Shown in pieces: positions 44,636-54,257 of a DNA stretch of 64,000 bases. Both the position numbers and the translations under genes were made by a program. Origin of the DNA: an uncultured Acetobacteraceae bacterium (GTDB taxonomy: Bacteria > Pseudomonadota > Alphaproteobacteria > Acetobacterales > Acetobacteraceae); the NCBI GenBank assembly GCA_964236695.1, contig CAXSFU010000008.1:11069-75068 (forward strand). Direction: 5' to 3'. The notes under the pieces were generated by a model. The model was not told the DNA's origin, made no database searches, and saw nothing but the letters and a program-made list of their open reading frames with translations. Position 1 is the stretch's first letter. Each line of letters opens with the position of its first letter.

Positions 44636-45568
44636 TCAGCCGATCAGGAACCACGCCCGGAACAGCAGCGTCTCCTGCCACGTCTGCCGCCGCAGCCCCT
44701 TGAGCCGCAGCGCCAGCAGCCGCCGCCCCGGCCCGCCCTGCATCGCGCCGGCGATCAGCTCGAGGTCGCGGCGCGACTGCGGGCTGAGCAGCTCGGGCTG
44801 CTCCAGCAGCGTCGCGAGATGGCTGCGGAACACCCCCATGAACACGTCCGGGCCGCGCCGCAGCGCCGCCATCCCGCGACGGCTGAGCGAGAGCGGCGCG
44901 CCCACGGCGTTGGACGCATGCTGGCGGTAGAGCACCACCGGCGTGTCGTCGACCACCAGGCGCCCGTCCGCGCCGGCGACCAGCAGGTAGCTCCACCAGT
45001 CGTGCAGCGAGGCCAGCGGCGCACGCGAGCGCGCCACCAGCCCGGCGGCAAGGGGGTTGAGCATCATCGTGCAGCCGGTCGCCACGTTCTGCGTCAGCGA
45101 GGCGAGGAAGTCGGGCGCCCGCCGCAGCCGGAACGACAAGCCGAGCCGCTGCAGCCGCTCGTCCACCAGCACCTGGCGGGCGAAGTACAGCGCCGGCCGG
45201 TCGTCGCCCGCGGCGCGCAGGGCGTCGAGACCGCGGGCAAGCTTGTGCGGCAGCCACACGTCGTCCTGGTCGGCGAAGGCCACCGTGGTTCCTGGCGGCG
45301 CGCGGCGCAGCAGCGCCAGGAAGCTCGCGGTGGCTCCGATGTGGCCGCGCGCGTCGTCGAGCGCCACGCAGCGGTCCCGTCCGGCACCGCGCCCGAACGC
45401 TTCCAGCAGGCCGACCGTGCCGTCCGACGAGCCGTCGTCGCGCCAGAACAGCGTCCAGGCGGTGTGCGTCTGGGCCAGCAGGCTGTCGAGCTGCTCGCCC
45501 AGGAAGCGCTCGCCGTTATAGGTGGAGAGCAGGATCGCAACCCGAACCGCGCCGCCGCCCGTCTGCAG
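44636..45568 (-). CDS. family-2 glycosyltransferase (rhamnosyltransferase-like); 5-prime end unresolved
   Basis: Manual translation upstream of the supplied ORF (GTG at 45367) continues in frame as VRVAILLSTYNGERFLGEQLDSLLAQTHTAWTLFWRDDGSSDGT, the GT-A nucleotide-binding core. There is no ATG/GTG/TTG between the in-frame stop at 45730 and 45367. The 45568 end coordinate is a CTG codon chosen as a placeholder. Confidence 0.6.
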   Translation of the reverse strand: MQTGGGAVRVAILLSTYNGERFLGEQLDSLLAQTHTAWTLFWRDDGSSDGTVGLLEAFGRGAGRDRCVALDDARGHIGATASFLALLRRAPPGTTVAFADQDDVWLPHKLARGLDALRAAGDDRPALYFARQVLVDERLQRLGLSFRLRRAPDFLASLTQNVATGCTMMLNPLAAGLVARSRAPLASLHDWWSYLLVAGADGRLVVDDTPVVLYRQHASNAVGAPLSLSRRGMAALRRGPDVFMGVFRSHLATLLEQPELLSPQSRRDLELIAGAMQGGPGRRLLALRLKGLRRQTWQETLLFRAWFLIG

Positions 45569-45572
45569 CCAG

Positions 45573-46499
45573 TCAGGCAGCGGAAGTGCCTTCGGCCAGC
45601 AGCGCGTCCACCGTGCGCGCCAGCCCGTCGCGCCAGGGCGGCAGCCGCGCGCCGAACACCTCGGCCAGACGGCCGCTGTCCAGGCGCGAGTCGGCGGGAC
45701 GCCGCGCAGGGGTCGGCCAATCCGTCGTCAGGATCGACTCCACCGTCGGCGGGACGCGGCCGTGGCGCGCCGCCTCCTCGAAGGTCGCGACCGCCAGCCC
45801 GTGCCAGGTGGTCGAGCCCTCGCCCGCCGCGTGGAACACGCCGTGCCAGCCGTCCTGCCAGCCCGCCTCGATCCGCGCGGCCACCGCGAGGATCGCTTCC
45901 GCCAGGTCGTCGGCCGAGGTCGGGCAGCCCTGCTGGTCGCCCACCACGCGCAGCGTCGAGGTCTTCAGCGCGGCGCCGAGCATGGTGCGCACGAAGTTCT
46001 TCCCGGTGGGCGAGTACACCCACGAGGTGCGCAGCACGAGGCTGCGCGGGTTGGCGGCGAGCACCGCCTGCTCCCCGGCCAGCTTGGTGGCGCCATACAC
46101 CCCGGTCGGGCTGGTCGGGTCGGTCTCAACGTAGGGCGCGCCCTTGGCACCGTCGAACACGTAGTCCGTGGACACGTGGACCATCGGCACCCCGGCCGAG
46201 GCGCACAGGCGGGCGAGCAGCGCCGGCCCCTCCGCGTTGGCGCGCGACGCCGCCGCCTCGTTGGCCTCGGCAAGGTCCACCGCGGTCCAGGCGGCCGCAT
46301 TGACCACCAGCGACGGCCCGACCCGGGCGAAGGTGGCGGCGACGCTTTCCGGATGGTCGAAGTCGAACTCCGGCCGGCCGACGCGCCGCACGGCGCGATG
46401 GTGCGCGCCCGCAGCACGCTCCAGCGCCACCGCGAGCTGGCCGGAGCCGCCGGTGACCAGCATCGGCCCCCTGGCAGCATGGGAGGGGGGGCCGCTCAT
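45573..46499 (-). CDS. rfbD: dTDP-4-dehydrorhamnose reductase
   Basis: MLVTGGSGQL, the YGATK catalytic motif and a full-length RmlD pattern. The ATG at 46499 overlaps the rfbC stop (ATGA). Confidence 0.9.
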   Translation of the reverse strand: MSGPPSHAARGPMLVTGGSGQLAVALERAAGAHHRAVRRVGRPEFDFDHPESVAATFARVGPSLVVNAAAWTAVDLAEANEAAASRANAEGPALLARLCASAGVPMVHVSTDYVFDGAKGAPYVETDPTSPTGVYGATKLAGEQAVLAANPRSLVLRTSWVYSPTGKNFVRTMLGAALKTSTLRVVGDQQGCPTSADDLAEAILAVAARIEAGWQDGWHGVFHAAGEGSTTWHGLAVATFEEAARHGRVPPTVESILTTDWPTPARRPADSRLDSGRLAEVFGARLPPWRDGLARTVDALLAEGTSAA

Positions 46500-47059
46500 G
46501 CGGGGAACCAGCCGCGCGCCTCTGCGAAGCCGGGCAGCACGACATCCTTGTCGGACAGCACCGCCTCGCCCGCCGCGATCGGCCAGGGCAGCGCAAGCCC
46601 AGGGTCGTTCCACATCACGCCGCGCTCGGACGCCTTGTCGTACGGCGCGGTAACCTTGTACGAAACCTCGGTGTCCGGCTCGGTGGTGCAGAAGCCGTGC
46701 AGGAAGCCGGGCGGCACCCAGATCTGCGTGCCGTTCTCCGCCGTGATCTCCGCGGCCACCCAGCGCCCGTAAGTGGCCGAGCCGGTGCGCGCGTCCACGG
46801 CCACGTCCCAGATCGCGCCGCGCAGGCAGCGCACCAGCTTGCCCTGCGCGAACGGCGGCAACTGGCAGTGCAGGCCGCGCACCACCCCGCGTGAGCGCGA
46901 CAGGCTCTGGTTGTCCTGCACGAACGGACCCTGGATGCCCGCCTCGGTGAAGCGGGCCGCGTTGAAGGTTTCCGAAAAGAAGCCGCGCGCATCGCCGTAG
47001 CGCGGCGGGGTGACCAGGATGACATCGGGAATGTCGAGCCGTTCAACTTTCAAGCGCAC
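46496..47059 (-). CDS. rfbC: dTDP-4-dehydrorhamnose 3,5-epimerase
   Basis: DARGFFSETF, RGLHCQ, KLVRC..G.IWDVAVD and PPGFLHGF. The start is either GTG at 47059 or TTG at 47053. Confidence 0.9.
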   Translation of the reverse strand: MRLKVERLDIPDVILVTPPRYGDARGFFSETFNAARFTEAGIQGPFVQDNQSLSRSRGVVRGLHCQLPPFAQGKLVRCLRGAIWDVAVDARTGSATYGRWVAAEITAENGTQIWVPPGFLHGFCTTEPDTEVSYKVTAPYDKASERGVMWNDPGLALPWPIAAGEAVLSDKDVVLPGFAEARGWFPA

Positions 47060-47147
47060 AGCTCCTTCGTCGGCGATCGTGTCTCGGCAGGCAGGGCCGG
47101 CAGCACGCGCGGCCGACGCCGCAGCATCCCGCCGGGCCGTGCAGGGT

Positions 47148-48023
47148 TCAGGCGTGGACCCCGTCCGCCAGCTCCAGCAGCAGTCGGCCGAGATCGGTCT
47201 TGCTCAGCTTCATCGCCTGGGCGCGCAGGGCGGCGGCGTCGATGAAGCCCATCCGGTAGGCGACCTCCTCCGGGCAGCCGACCAGCATGCCCTGGCGCGA
47301 CTGGATGGTCTGCACGAAGGTCGAGGCCTGCAGCAGGCTGTCCGGCGTGCCCGCGTCGAGCCAGGCGCAACCGCGCCCGAGCTTCTCCACCCGCAGGCTA
47401 CCCTCCTCGAGGTACAGCCGGTTGAGGTCGGTGATCTCCAGCTCGCCGCGCGGCGACGGCTTGATCGAGCGCGCCAGCTCGGTGACCCGCGCGTCGTAGT
47501 AGTACAGCCCGGTCACCGCCCAGTTCGACAGCGGCGCCGCCGGCTTCTCCACGATCTCGCGCGCCCGGCCGTCCGCGTCGAACGAGACCACGCCGTAGCG
47601 CTCGGGGTCGCGCACCTGGTAGGCGAACACGGTGGCGCCCTCGGCGCGGTGCGTGGCGCCCTGCAGCATGACGCTGAGGTGGTCGCCGAAGATGATGTTG
47701 TCGCCGAGCGCCAGCGCGCACGGCTGCCCGCCGAGCCAGTCGTCGGCGATCAGGAACGCCTGTGCCAGCCCGTCCGGCGTCGGCTGCTCCCGGTAGGCGA
47801 AGCGGCAGCCGAAGCGCGAGCCATCGCCGAGCAGCCGCCGGAACTGCGGCAGGTCGACCGGCGTGGAAATGATCATGATGTCGCGGATGCCGGACAGCAT
47901 CAGCGTCGACAGCGGGTAGTAGATCATCGGCTTGTCGTAGACCGGCAACAGCTGCTTGCTGGCCGCCAGCGTCATCGGGTGCAGCCGGGTACCCGACCCG
48001 CCGGCCAGCACGATGCCCTTCAT
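47148..48023 (-). CDS. rfbA: glucose-1-phosphate thymidylyltransferase
   Basis: ATG at 48023 gives [18 protein letters not shown]. Also [23 protein letters not shown] and EKP...SN.AVTGLY. Confidence 0.95.
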   Translation of the reverse strand: MKGIVLAGGSGTRLHPMTLAASKQLLPVYDKPMIYYPLSTLMLSGIRDIMIISTPVDLPQFRRLLGDGSRFGCRFAYREQPTPDGLAQAFLIADDWLGGQPCALALGDNIIFGDHLSVMLQGATHRAEGATVFAYQVRDPERYGVVSFDADGRAREIVEKPAAPLSNWAVTGLYYYDARVTELARSIKPSPRGELEITDLNRLYLEEGSLRVEKLGRGCAWLDAGTPDSLLQASTFVQTIQSRQGMLVGCPEEVAYRMGFIDAAALRAQAMKLSKTDLGRLLLELADGVHA

Positions 48024-48045
48024 CGGGCAGTCGGGGATGCCCATC

Positions 48046-49101
48046 TCAGGCCGCCGTGCCGAGTCGCTGGCCGCCGTAGCGCCCGCCGCGGATCCGCTCC
48101 CACCAGGCACGGTTGTCCAGATACCAGCCGATGGTGCGCGCCAGGCCCCGCTCGAAGTCGTGCGGCGCGGTCCACTCGATCGCGGCCTCGGCGCGCGATG
48201 GATCGATCTCGTAGCGATGGTCGTGGCCGGGCCGGTCGGCCACGAAGCGGATCAGCCGCTCGCGCGCGCCCTCCGGGTCGGGCACCCGGCTGTCCAGCTC
48301 GGCGCAGATCGCGCGCACCACGTCGAGGTTGGAGCGCGGCTGGCGGGCGCCGATCGCGTAGGTGCCGCCCGGCTCGCCGCGCTCCAGCACCCGGACCAGC
48401 GCCTCCGCATGGTCGTCGACGTACAGCCAGTCGCGGGTGTTGAGCCCGTCGCCATACACCGGCAGCTCCTTGCCCTCCAGGGCGTTGAGCGTGACCAGCG
48501 GGATCAGCTTCTCCGGAAACTGCCAGGGACCGTAGTTGTTCGTCGTGTTGCTCACGAAGGTCGGCAGCCCGTAGGTGTGCTGCCACGCCCGCACCAGATG
48601 GTCCGATGACGCCTTGCTGGCGGAGTACGGCGAGCGCGGGTCGTACGGCGTGGTCTCGGTGAACGGCGGGTCGCCGTCCTCCAGCGCGCCGAACACCTCG
48701 TCGGTGGAGATGTGGTGGAAGCGGAACGCCGCACGGCGCTCCGCGGGCAGCCCCGACCAGTAGCGCCGCGCCGCCTCCAGCAACACGAAAGTGCCGACCA
48801 CGTTGGTCTGGATGAAATCCCCGGGCCCGTCGATCGAGCGGTCGACGTGGCTCTCCGCGGCGAGGTGCATCACCACGTCCGGCTGGTGCGCCTCGAACGC
48901 CGCCGCCATCGCGGCCGCGTCGCAGATGTCTGCGCGCACCAGCACATGGCGGGGATCGTGCCGCGCCGCCTCCAGCGCGTCCTCGGACGCGGCATAGGTC
49001 ATCTTGTCGATGTTGACCACGTCGTGCGCGGTGTGGCGGATCAGGTGCCGGATCACCGCGGAGCCGATGAACCCGCAGCCGCCAGTCAGCAATATCCGCA
49101 T
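48046..49101 (-). CDS. rfbB: dTDP-glucose 4,6-dehydratase
   Basis: ATG at 49101 gives [14 protein letters not shown]. Also [11 protein letters not shown], the YSASKA catalytic motif and NNYGP. Confidence 0.95.
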   Translation of the reverse strand: MRILLTGGCGFIGSAVIRHLIRHTAHDVVNIDKMTYAASEDALEAARHDPRHVLVRADICDAAAMAAAFEAHQPDVVMHLAAESHVDRSIDGPGDFIQTNVVGTFVLLEAARRYWSGLPAERRAAFRFHHISTDEVFGALEDGDPPFTETTPYDPRSPYSASKASSDHLVRAWQHTYGLPTFVSNTTNNYGPWQFPEKLIPLVTLNALEGKELPVYGDGLNTRDWLYVDDHAEALVRVLERGEPGGTYAIGARQPRSNLDVVRAICAELDSRVPDPEGARERLIRFVADRPGHDHRYEIDPSRAEAAIEWTAPHDFERGLARTIGWYLDNRAWWERIRGGRYGGQRLGTAA

Positions 49102-49370
49102 GAATCGCGTCCCGTCCCTGGGTGCCTGCCTCACGGGCCGGCAAGGTGCCAGCCCGTCCGCCGCGCGGCAACCTGCACGGTGGCACGGACGGCGACCAGA
49201 TGCACGACCCTGGCCGGCTCTCGTCGCAATCCAGGGTAGCACGCCGGGATTGACGAAGTGTTTCCGCCGCCCGGCGCGACGCGGCGCCGGGGGCTTTGCC
49301 GCCCGGGACGGCCCGACCTAGTCTGTGCGGCGCGACGCCCGCCCGGCCGCCGCGAACACCGGAGGCGACC

Positions 49371-52300
49371 ATGGCGCGTGCCCCAACCAAGCCCGGGCGC
49401 CGCCCCCCCGCACAGCCGGCGCCGACCGCCGCCCCCGGCTCCGCGCCCGCGACGACGGGAGGGCCTGCCACCGCGTCCGCCGCCTCCGCCAGCCCGACGC
49501 CACCAGGCCGGCGAACCGCCGCGGCACCTGCCCCCGCGCCCGCGCCGCCCTCTCGCCGCGCCGCCGGCACGCCCGCCGCGATCCCGCCACCGAAACCCGC
49601 CGCCCCGCCCCGACCCGATCCGGCGCCCGCCGTCTCTCCCACCGTCGCGCCCCTCCCGACGCCCTCCCTGGCGCCCGGCAGCGTGACCGTCGCCCTCCCC
49701 CGCCGCCACGGCGCCGCCTCGCTCGGCCTGCTGCTCGACGACCTGTTCGAAGGCGAGCTGGCCGCCGGGCCGGGGGAGCGCGCCGTCGCCGTCCGGCTGC
49801 CCGGGCACCGCCTGCCGTCCTGGCTCGACATCGTCGACCTCGCCGACGGCCGCAGCGTCCTGGAGCGCCGCGTCGACCTCAGGCCGCGCTTCGGCCTCGT
49901 GCTGCACGCCCTGGCGCTCGAAGGGCTGGAGATCGCCGGCCGCTTCACCCTGGGCGGCCCCGACGCGGCCCACGTCGCGCGCCACCTCGCCGTCGAGCTG
50001 CTCGACGGCACCAGGATCGCCGCCACCGGCATCGCCGCGCGCCAGGACGGCACGCCTGACGCCTCGTACGGTTTCCGCCTGCCGCTCGGCATGCTGCCGC
50101 CGCGCAACGGCGCCCTGACGCTGGTGCCCAGGATCGGCGGCGCGTCGCTGCCCGCGACCCTGCCCGTCACCCCCGCCGAGATCGGCATCGTCGGCATGCT
50201 CGACGGCCTGAGCCCAGGCGGCATCGCCGGCTGGGCCATGGACCTGCGCGACCCCGCGCGCCGCGTGCCCGTGTCGCTGGTGATCGACGGCGAGGTGGTC
50301 GCCGAGGCGGTGGCAGACGGCGTGCGCCACGACCTGCAGGCCGCGGGCGTGGGCGACGGCTTCCACGGCGTCGAGGTCCCGCTGCCCGCAGAGCACCGGC
50401 GCGAGCGGCGCGTCGGCCTGCTGGTCGCCGGCACCGCGCTGCACCTGTCCGGCGGCCCCGTCACCCTGCTGCCCTCGCCCGCCGTGGTCGGCTGTTTCGA
50501 CACCTTCCACGGCCTGTCCGCGCACGGCTGGGCGTTCGACCACCTCCACCCCGACCGCAAGGTGGTGGTCGAGGCCGTCGCCGCGGGCGAGCGCGTGCTC
50601 GGCCGCGCCACCGCCGAGCAGTTCCGCGGCGACCTGCTCGACGCGGGGATCGCCAGCGGCTACTGCGCCTTCAAGATCGAACTCGGCGCCCACTTCCTGT
50701 CCCTCGTCGGCCAGCCGGTCGCGGTGCGCGTGGTGTCCACCGGCGACTTCCTGCCGGGATCGCCGCGCACGGTGATGCCCAACCCCAACCTGCTGCGCTT
50801 CGTGCGCCGCCGCGACCGGCTGACGCCGCGCACCCTCGCCCGACTGCGCCGCCGCCTCAACCACGTGGCGAGCGGCCGCGGCATCAGCCTGGTGATGCCG
50901 GTGCACAACACCCGCGCCGAGTGGCTGGTCCAGTCGATCTCCTCGGTGCTGGCGCAGTGGTGCGACCACTGGGAGCTGATCTGCATCGACGACGGCTCCA
51001 CCGAGCCCCACGTCGCCCCGCTGCTCGCCCACGCCGCCGCCCGCGACCCGCGCATCCGCGTGCTGCGCTCGGCGGAGAACGTCGGCATCGCGCGCGCCGT
51101 CAACTTTGGCCTGCGCGCCGCGCGCCACGCCCACGTCGCCTTCCTCGACCACGACGACGCGCTGGAGCCCGACGCGGTCTGGCAGCTGCTGCGCGCGATC
51201 ATCCGCACCGACGCCGACTTCCTGTACTCCGACGAGGCGCTCACTGACGAGAGCATCGACGCCATCACCGAGCCCCGTGCGCGTCCGGCGTTCTCCCACG
51301 ACTACTACCTGTCGCACCCCTACGTCGTGCACATGCTGTGCATCCGCACCGACCTCGCACGGCGCATGAACGGCTGGGACGAGCGCATGTCGATCTCGGC
51401 CGACGTCGACTTCTTCCTGCGCGCCACCGAGCACGCCCGCCAGGTCGTCCACGTCCCTGCCGTGCTGTACCGCTGGCGCACCCACGCCGGCTCCACCGGG
51501 CATTCGAAGCAGGCCGACGTGATGGCCGCGACGAGGGGCGCCATCCAGTCCCACCTCGACCGCACCCGCCCCGGCGCCACGGTGTCGGACGGCGTGTGGT
51601 TCAACCAGTTCCGCGTCGACTGGCCCGCCGCCCCCGGCCTGGTGCTGGTGGTGATCCCCACCAAGAACCGCCACGAGCTGGTGCGCGCCTGCATCGAATC
51701 GATCGAGCGCACCGCCGACCTGTCGCGCCTGCGCATCGTGGTGATCGACCACGCCTCCGACGACCCCGCCGCCCGCCGCTACCTGCGCACGCTGGCGAAA
51801 ACCCACGTCGTGATGCCCTACGCCGGGCCGTTCAACTACGCGGCGATGAACAACGCCGCCGTGCGCGCCCACGGCGAGGGCTGCGAGTTCGTGCTGTTCC
51901 TCAACAACGACATCGAGGCCATCCAGCCCGGCTGGATCGCCCGAATGGCCAGCCTGGCGCAGCGCCCGGACGTGGGCGCGGTCGGCGCCCTGCTCATGTA
52001 CGGCGATCACCGGGTGCAGCACGCCGGCGTCATCCTCGGCTTCAACGGCTCGGCCGAGCACGCCTTCAAGTTCACCAACGTCTGGCTCGACGGCGGCACG
52101 CCCGAGAAGCCCGGCCGGCGCAACCTCGGCACCAACTGCGCGCTGACCTCGGTGCGCGACTACTCCGCGGTCACCGCCGCCTGCCTGATGACGCGCCGCG
52201 CCGCCTTCGAGGCTGTCGGCGGCTTCGACGAAACCTTTGCCATCGGCTTCAACGACACCGATTTCTGCCTGCGCCTGCGCGCGGCCGGCCTGCGCGTGCT

Positions 52301-52535
52301 CTACGACGGCCACACGATGCTCTACCACCACGAGAGCGCCACCCGCTCCACCACGAAGCAGGTGTTCCACCCCGAGGACACCGCGCGCCTGCTCGACCGC
52401 TGGGCCGGCCTGTTGCGCGACGGCGACCCGTTCTACAGCCCGCTGCTCAGCGACAAGACCCAGGACCACGTGCTGCGCGAAGACGACGGCTGCCGCGTCG
52501 CCCACGCGCCCAGGGTCACGGCGCTGCTAGGGTGA
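49371..52535 (+). CDS. large polysaccharide glycosyltransferase with two GT2 domains and a repeated N-terminal module
   Basis: GGAGG RBS followed by ATG at 49371. The Pro/Ala-rich first roughly 110 aa are followed by two related roughly 90-aa modules (GIAGWAMDLRDP..VSLVIDGEVV.. and LSAHGWAFDHLHP..VVVEAVAAGERV..). GT2 domain 1 has ISLVMPVHNT...CIDDGST...LDHDD. GT2 domain 2 has VVIPTKNR...VIDHASDD...LNNDIE. Confidence 0.75.
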   Translation: MARAPTKPGRRPPAQPAPTAAPGSAPATTGGPATASAASASPTPPGRRTAAAPAPAPAPPSRRAAGTPAAIPPPKPAAPPRPDPAPAVSPTVAPLPTPSLAPGSVTVALPRRHGAASLGLLLDDLFEGELAAGPGERAVAVRLPGHRLPSWLDIVDLADGRSVLERRVDLRPRFGLVLHALALEGLEIAGRFTLGGPDAAHVARHLAVELLDGTRIAATGIAARQDGTPDASYGFRLPLGMLPPRNGALTLVPRIGGASLPATLPVTPAEIGIVGMLDGLSPGGIAGWAMDLRDPARRVPVSLVIDGEVVAEAVADGVRHDLQAAGVGDGFHGVEVPLPAEHRRERRVGLLVAGTALHLSGGPVTLLPSPAVVGCFDTFHGLSAHGWAFDHLHPDRKVVVEAVAAGERVLGRATAEQFRGDLLDAGIASGYCAFKIELGAHFLSLVGQPVAVRVVSTGDFLPGSPRTVMPNPNLLRFVRRRDRLTPRTLARLRRRLNHVASGRGISLVMPVHNTRAEWLVQSISSVLAQWCDHWELICIDDGSTEPHVAPLLAHAAARDPRIRVLRSAENVGIARAVNFGLRAARHAHVAFLDHDDALEPDAVWQLLRAIIRTDADFLYSDEALTDESIDAITEPRARPAFSHDYYLSHPYVVHMLCIRTDLARRMNGWDERMSISADVDFFLRATEHARQVVHVPAVLYRWRTHAGSTGHSKQADVMAATRGAIQSHLDRTRPGATVSDGVWFNQFRVDWPAAPGLVLVVIPTKNRHELVRACIESIERTADLSRLRIVVIDHASDDPAARRYLRTLAKTHVVMPYAGPFNYAAMNNAAVRAHGEGCEFVLFLNNDIEAIQPGWIARMASLAQRPDVGAVGALLMYGDHRVQHAGVILGFNGSAEHAFKFTNVWLDGGTPEKPGRRNLGTNCALTSVRDYSAVTAACLMTRRAAFEAVGGFDETFAIGFNDTDFCLRLRAAGLRVLYDGHTMLYHHESATRSTTKQVFHPEDTARLLDRWAGLLRDGDPFYSPLLSDKTQDHVLREDDGCRVAHAPRVTALLG

Positions 52536-52544
52536 GGCGAAAGC

Positions 52545-52685
52545 AGGCAAGGCCAGGGGCTCTGCCCCCATGCCTGAAAGCGGGGACCCCGCCAAAGGCA
52601 AGCCTTTGGAATCCATTCCTTAAGTAGCGGGATCAAAGGGTCCTCGGACCCTTTGCGGGTCTGGGCAGAGCCCAGCCTTGCTTCC
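52545..52685. repeat. GC-rich REP/BIME-like units
   Basis: gcaaggccaggggctctgcccccatgcc...ggggaccccgccaaaggcaagcctttgg ... gggatcaaagggtcctcggaccctttgcgggtctgggcagagcccagccttgc. Confidence 0.9.
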
Positions 52686-52692
52686 TTCCTGC

Positions 52693-53217
52693 CTACCGTG
52701 CCCACGCCACGAACCCCGCCGCCGCCGCCGCCAGCACCCACAGCGGGTTGACCCGCGTGAACCCCAGCAGCCCCGTCGCCACCGCCGTCGTCCCCCACCC
52801 CATCCACCCCGTCTCCGTGCCGCGCACCAGCACCAGCGCACTCGCGAAGATCATCCCCGCCGCCACCGGCGCCAGCGCGCTCTCCACCACGGGGCGCCAC
52901 GCCGCCCGCTCGTGCCGCTGCCACACCCTGGCGGCGAGGAACACCGCGAGGCAGGACGGCGCGTACATCCCCACCGCGGCGACCAGCGCCCCCGGCAGCC
53001 CCGCCGCCTTCTGCCCGACCAGCACCGCGATCAGCGACCCCGGCCCCGGCGCCGCGCGCGACAGGGCGAAGGCGTCGAGGAACTGCGACGCGCTCATCCA
53101 GTGGTGCTGGTCCACCGCCGCGCGCTGCATTGCCGGCAGCACGCCGCTGCCGCCGCCCACCGCCACCAGCGACAGCGACGCGAACAGCACCAGCAGCTGC
53201 AGCAGCGTGGCGTTCAC
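52693..53217 (-). CDS. chromate transporter family protein (short-chain half, C-terminal-type)
   Basis: 174-aa hydrophobic protein with VAVGGGSGVLP...QFLDAFALSRAAPGP, characteristic of CHR-family halves. Confidence 0.78.
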   Translation of the reverse strand: MNATLLQLLVLFASLSLVAVGGGSGVLPAMQRAAVDQHHWMSASQFLDAFALSRAAPGPGSLIAVLVGQKAAGLPGALVAAVGMYAPSCLAVFLAARVWQRHERAAWRPVVESALAPVAAGMIFASALVLVRGTETGWMGWGTTAVATGLLGFTRVNPLWVLAAAAAGFVAWAR

Positions 53218-53242
53218 AAACGCCCCCCCGCCGCAGCGGCCC

Positions 53243-53776
53243 TCACCGCCGCACCGCCATCAGCGCCACGCTCGCCGGGATCGCCACCAGCAGCGTCGGC
53301 ACCAGCGGCCAGCCCAGCACGCCCACGCCGATCGCGAGCACCGCCGCGATCCCGAGCTGGCGCACGCCGCGCAGGCTGTCGCGGGTGATCTGCACCCCGT
53401 TGGCCAGGATCAGCCCGACCGCCGCAGCCCCCATCCCGCCCAGCGCCGCGTCCACGACCGGGTTCGCCCCCTGCCGCAGCAGCACCGCGCCCGCGGCCAG
53501 CACCAGCGCCGCCGGCACCCCGATCAGCCCGGCCAGCGCCGCCAGCGCCCCGGGCCCGCCGCGCAGCGTGGTGCCGATGAACACCGCCAGGTTGACCGCG
53601 TTGGCCCCGGGCGCCACCTGCGCCAGCGCCAGCCCGCTGAGGAACGCGCCGTCCGCCATCCAGCCGCGCCGCAGCACCACCTCGCGCCGCATCCACGCGC
53701 TGAGCCCGCCGCCCCAGGCCTGCAGGCCGAGCCGCAGGAAGCAGAGGAACAGGGCGGCCAGGCTCGGCGGCGTCAT
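53243..53776 (-). CDS. chromate transporter family protein (short-chain half, N-terminal-type)
   Basis: ATG at 53776 gives MTPPSLAALFLCFLRLGLQAWGGG...FLSGLALAQVAPGANAVNLA, a CHR-family signature. It lies 25 nt upstream of the partner gene. Confidence 0.78.
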   Translation of the reverse strand: MTPPSLAALFLCFLRLGLQAWGGGLSAWMRREVVLRRGWMADGAFLSGLALAQVAPGANAVNLAVFIGTTLRGGPGALAALAGLIGVPAALVLAAGAVLLRQGANPVVDAALGGMGAAAVGLILANGVQITRDSLRGVRQLGIAAVLAIGVGVLGWPLVPTLLVAIPASVALMAVRR

Positions 53777-53974
53777 GGGCTCTCCTGCGTCGCCGCGCGC
53801 GCGGCCGGCCGGGCTTGGCCGGAAGGTGGCCGACCCGCGCCGCCGGGGCAACGCGTCGCCGGCGCGTGTGCAGCCGGACGCCGCCGCAACCGCCTTGATG
53901 AACATCCGGCTTTGTCGCACGTTCAGGTGCGCAGCCGGATGCAAGCCGGCCTGTCTGCATCAGGGAGTCTCGCC

Positions 53975-54163
53975 ATGTCCAAGCCCGTGTCCGCCCCCCG
54001 CTCCGGCCTCGCCGGGCGTATCGCCCTGCTGGCCGTGCTGGCCCTGTCGTCCGCCTCGCTGTCGGCCTGCAACACCGTGGCCGGCGCCGGCGCCGACGTC
54101 AGCTCGATCGGCCGCGGCGTGACCGGCGGCGCGGCCGGCACCAAGGCCGCCATCACGCCCTGA
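53975..54163 (+). CDS. entericidin (EcnA/B)-like small lipoprotein
   Basis: GGGAG RBS and ATG at 53975. Lipobox LSAC followed by NTVAGAGADVSSIGRGV, the typical CNT..G.G.D...IG entericidin pattern. Length 62 aa. Confidence 0.6.
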   Translation: MSKPVSAPRSGLAGRIALLAVLALSSASLSACNTVAGAGADVSSIGRGVTGGAAGTKAAITP

Positions 54164-54257
54164 TCCATGCCCCCCGCCCGCCCTGCCGCCGTTCGGGCGG
54201 CACGGCGGGCGATGCGGGCCCTACACCTTGCCGGCCCGGGTGGTTTATAGACCCGCC

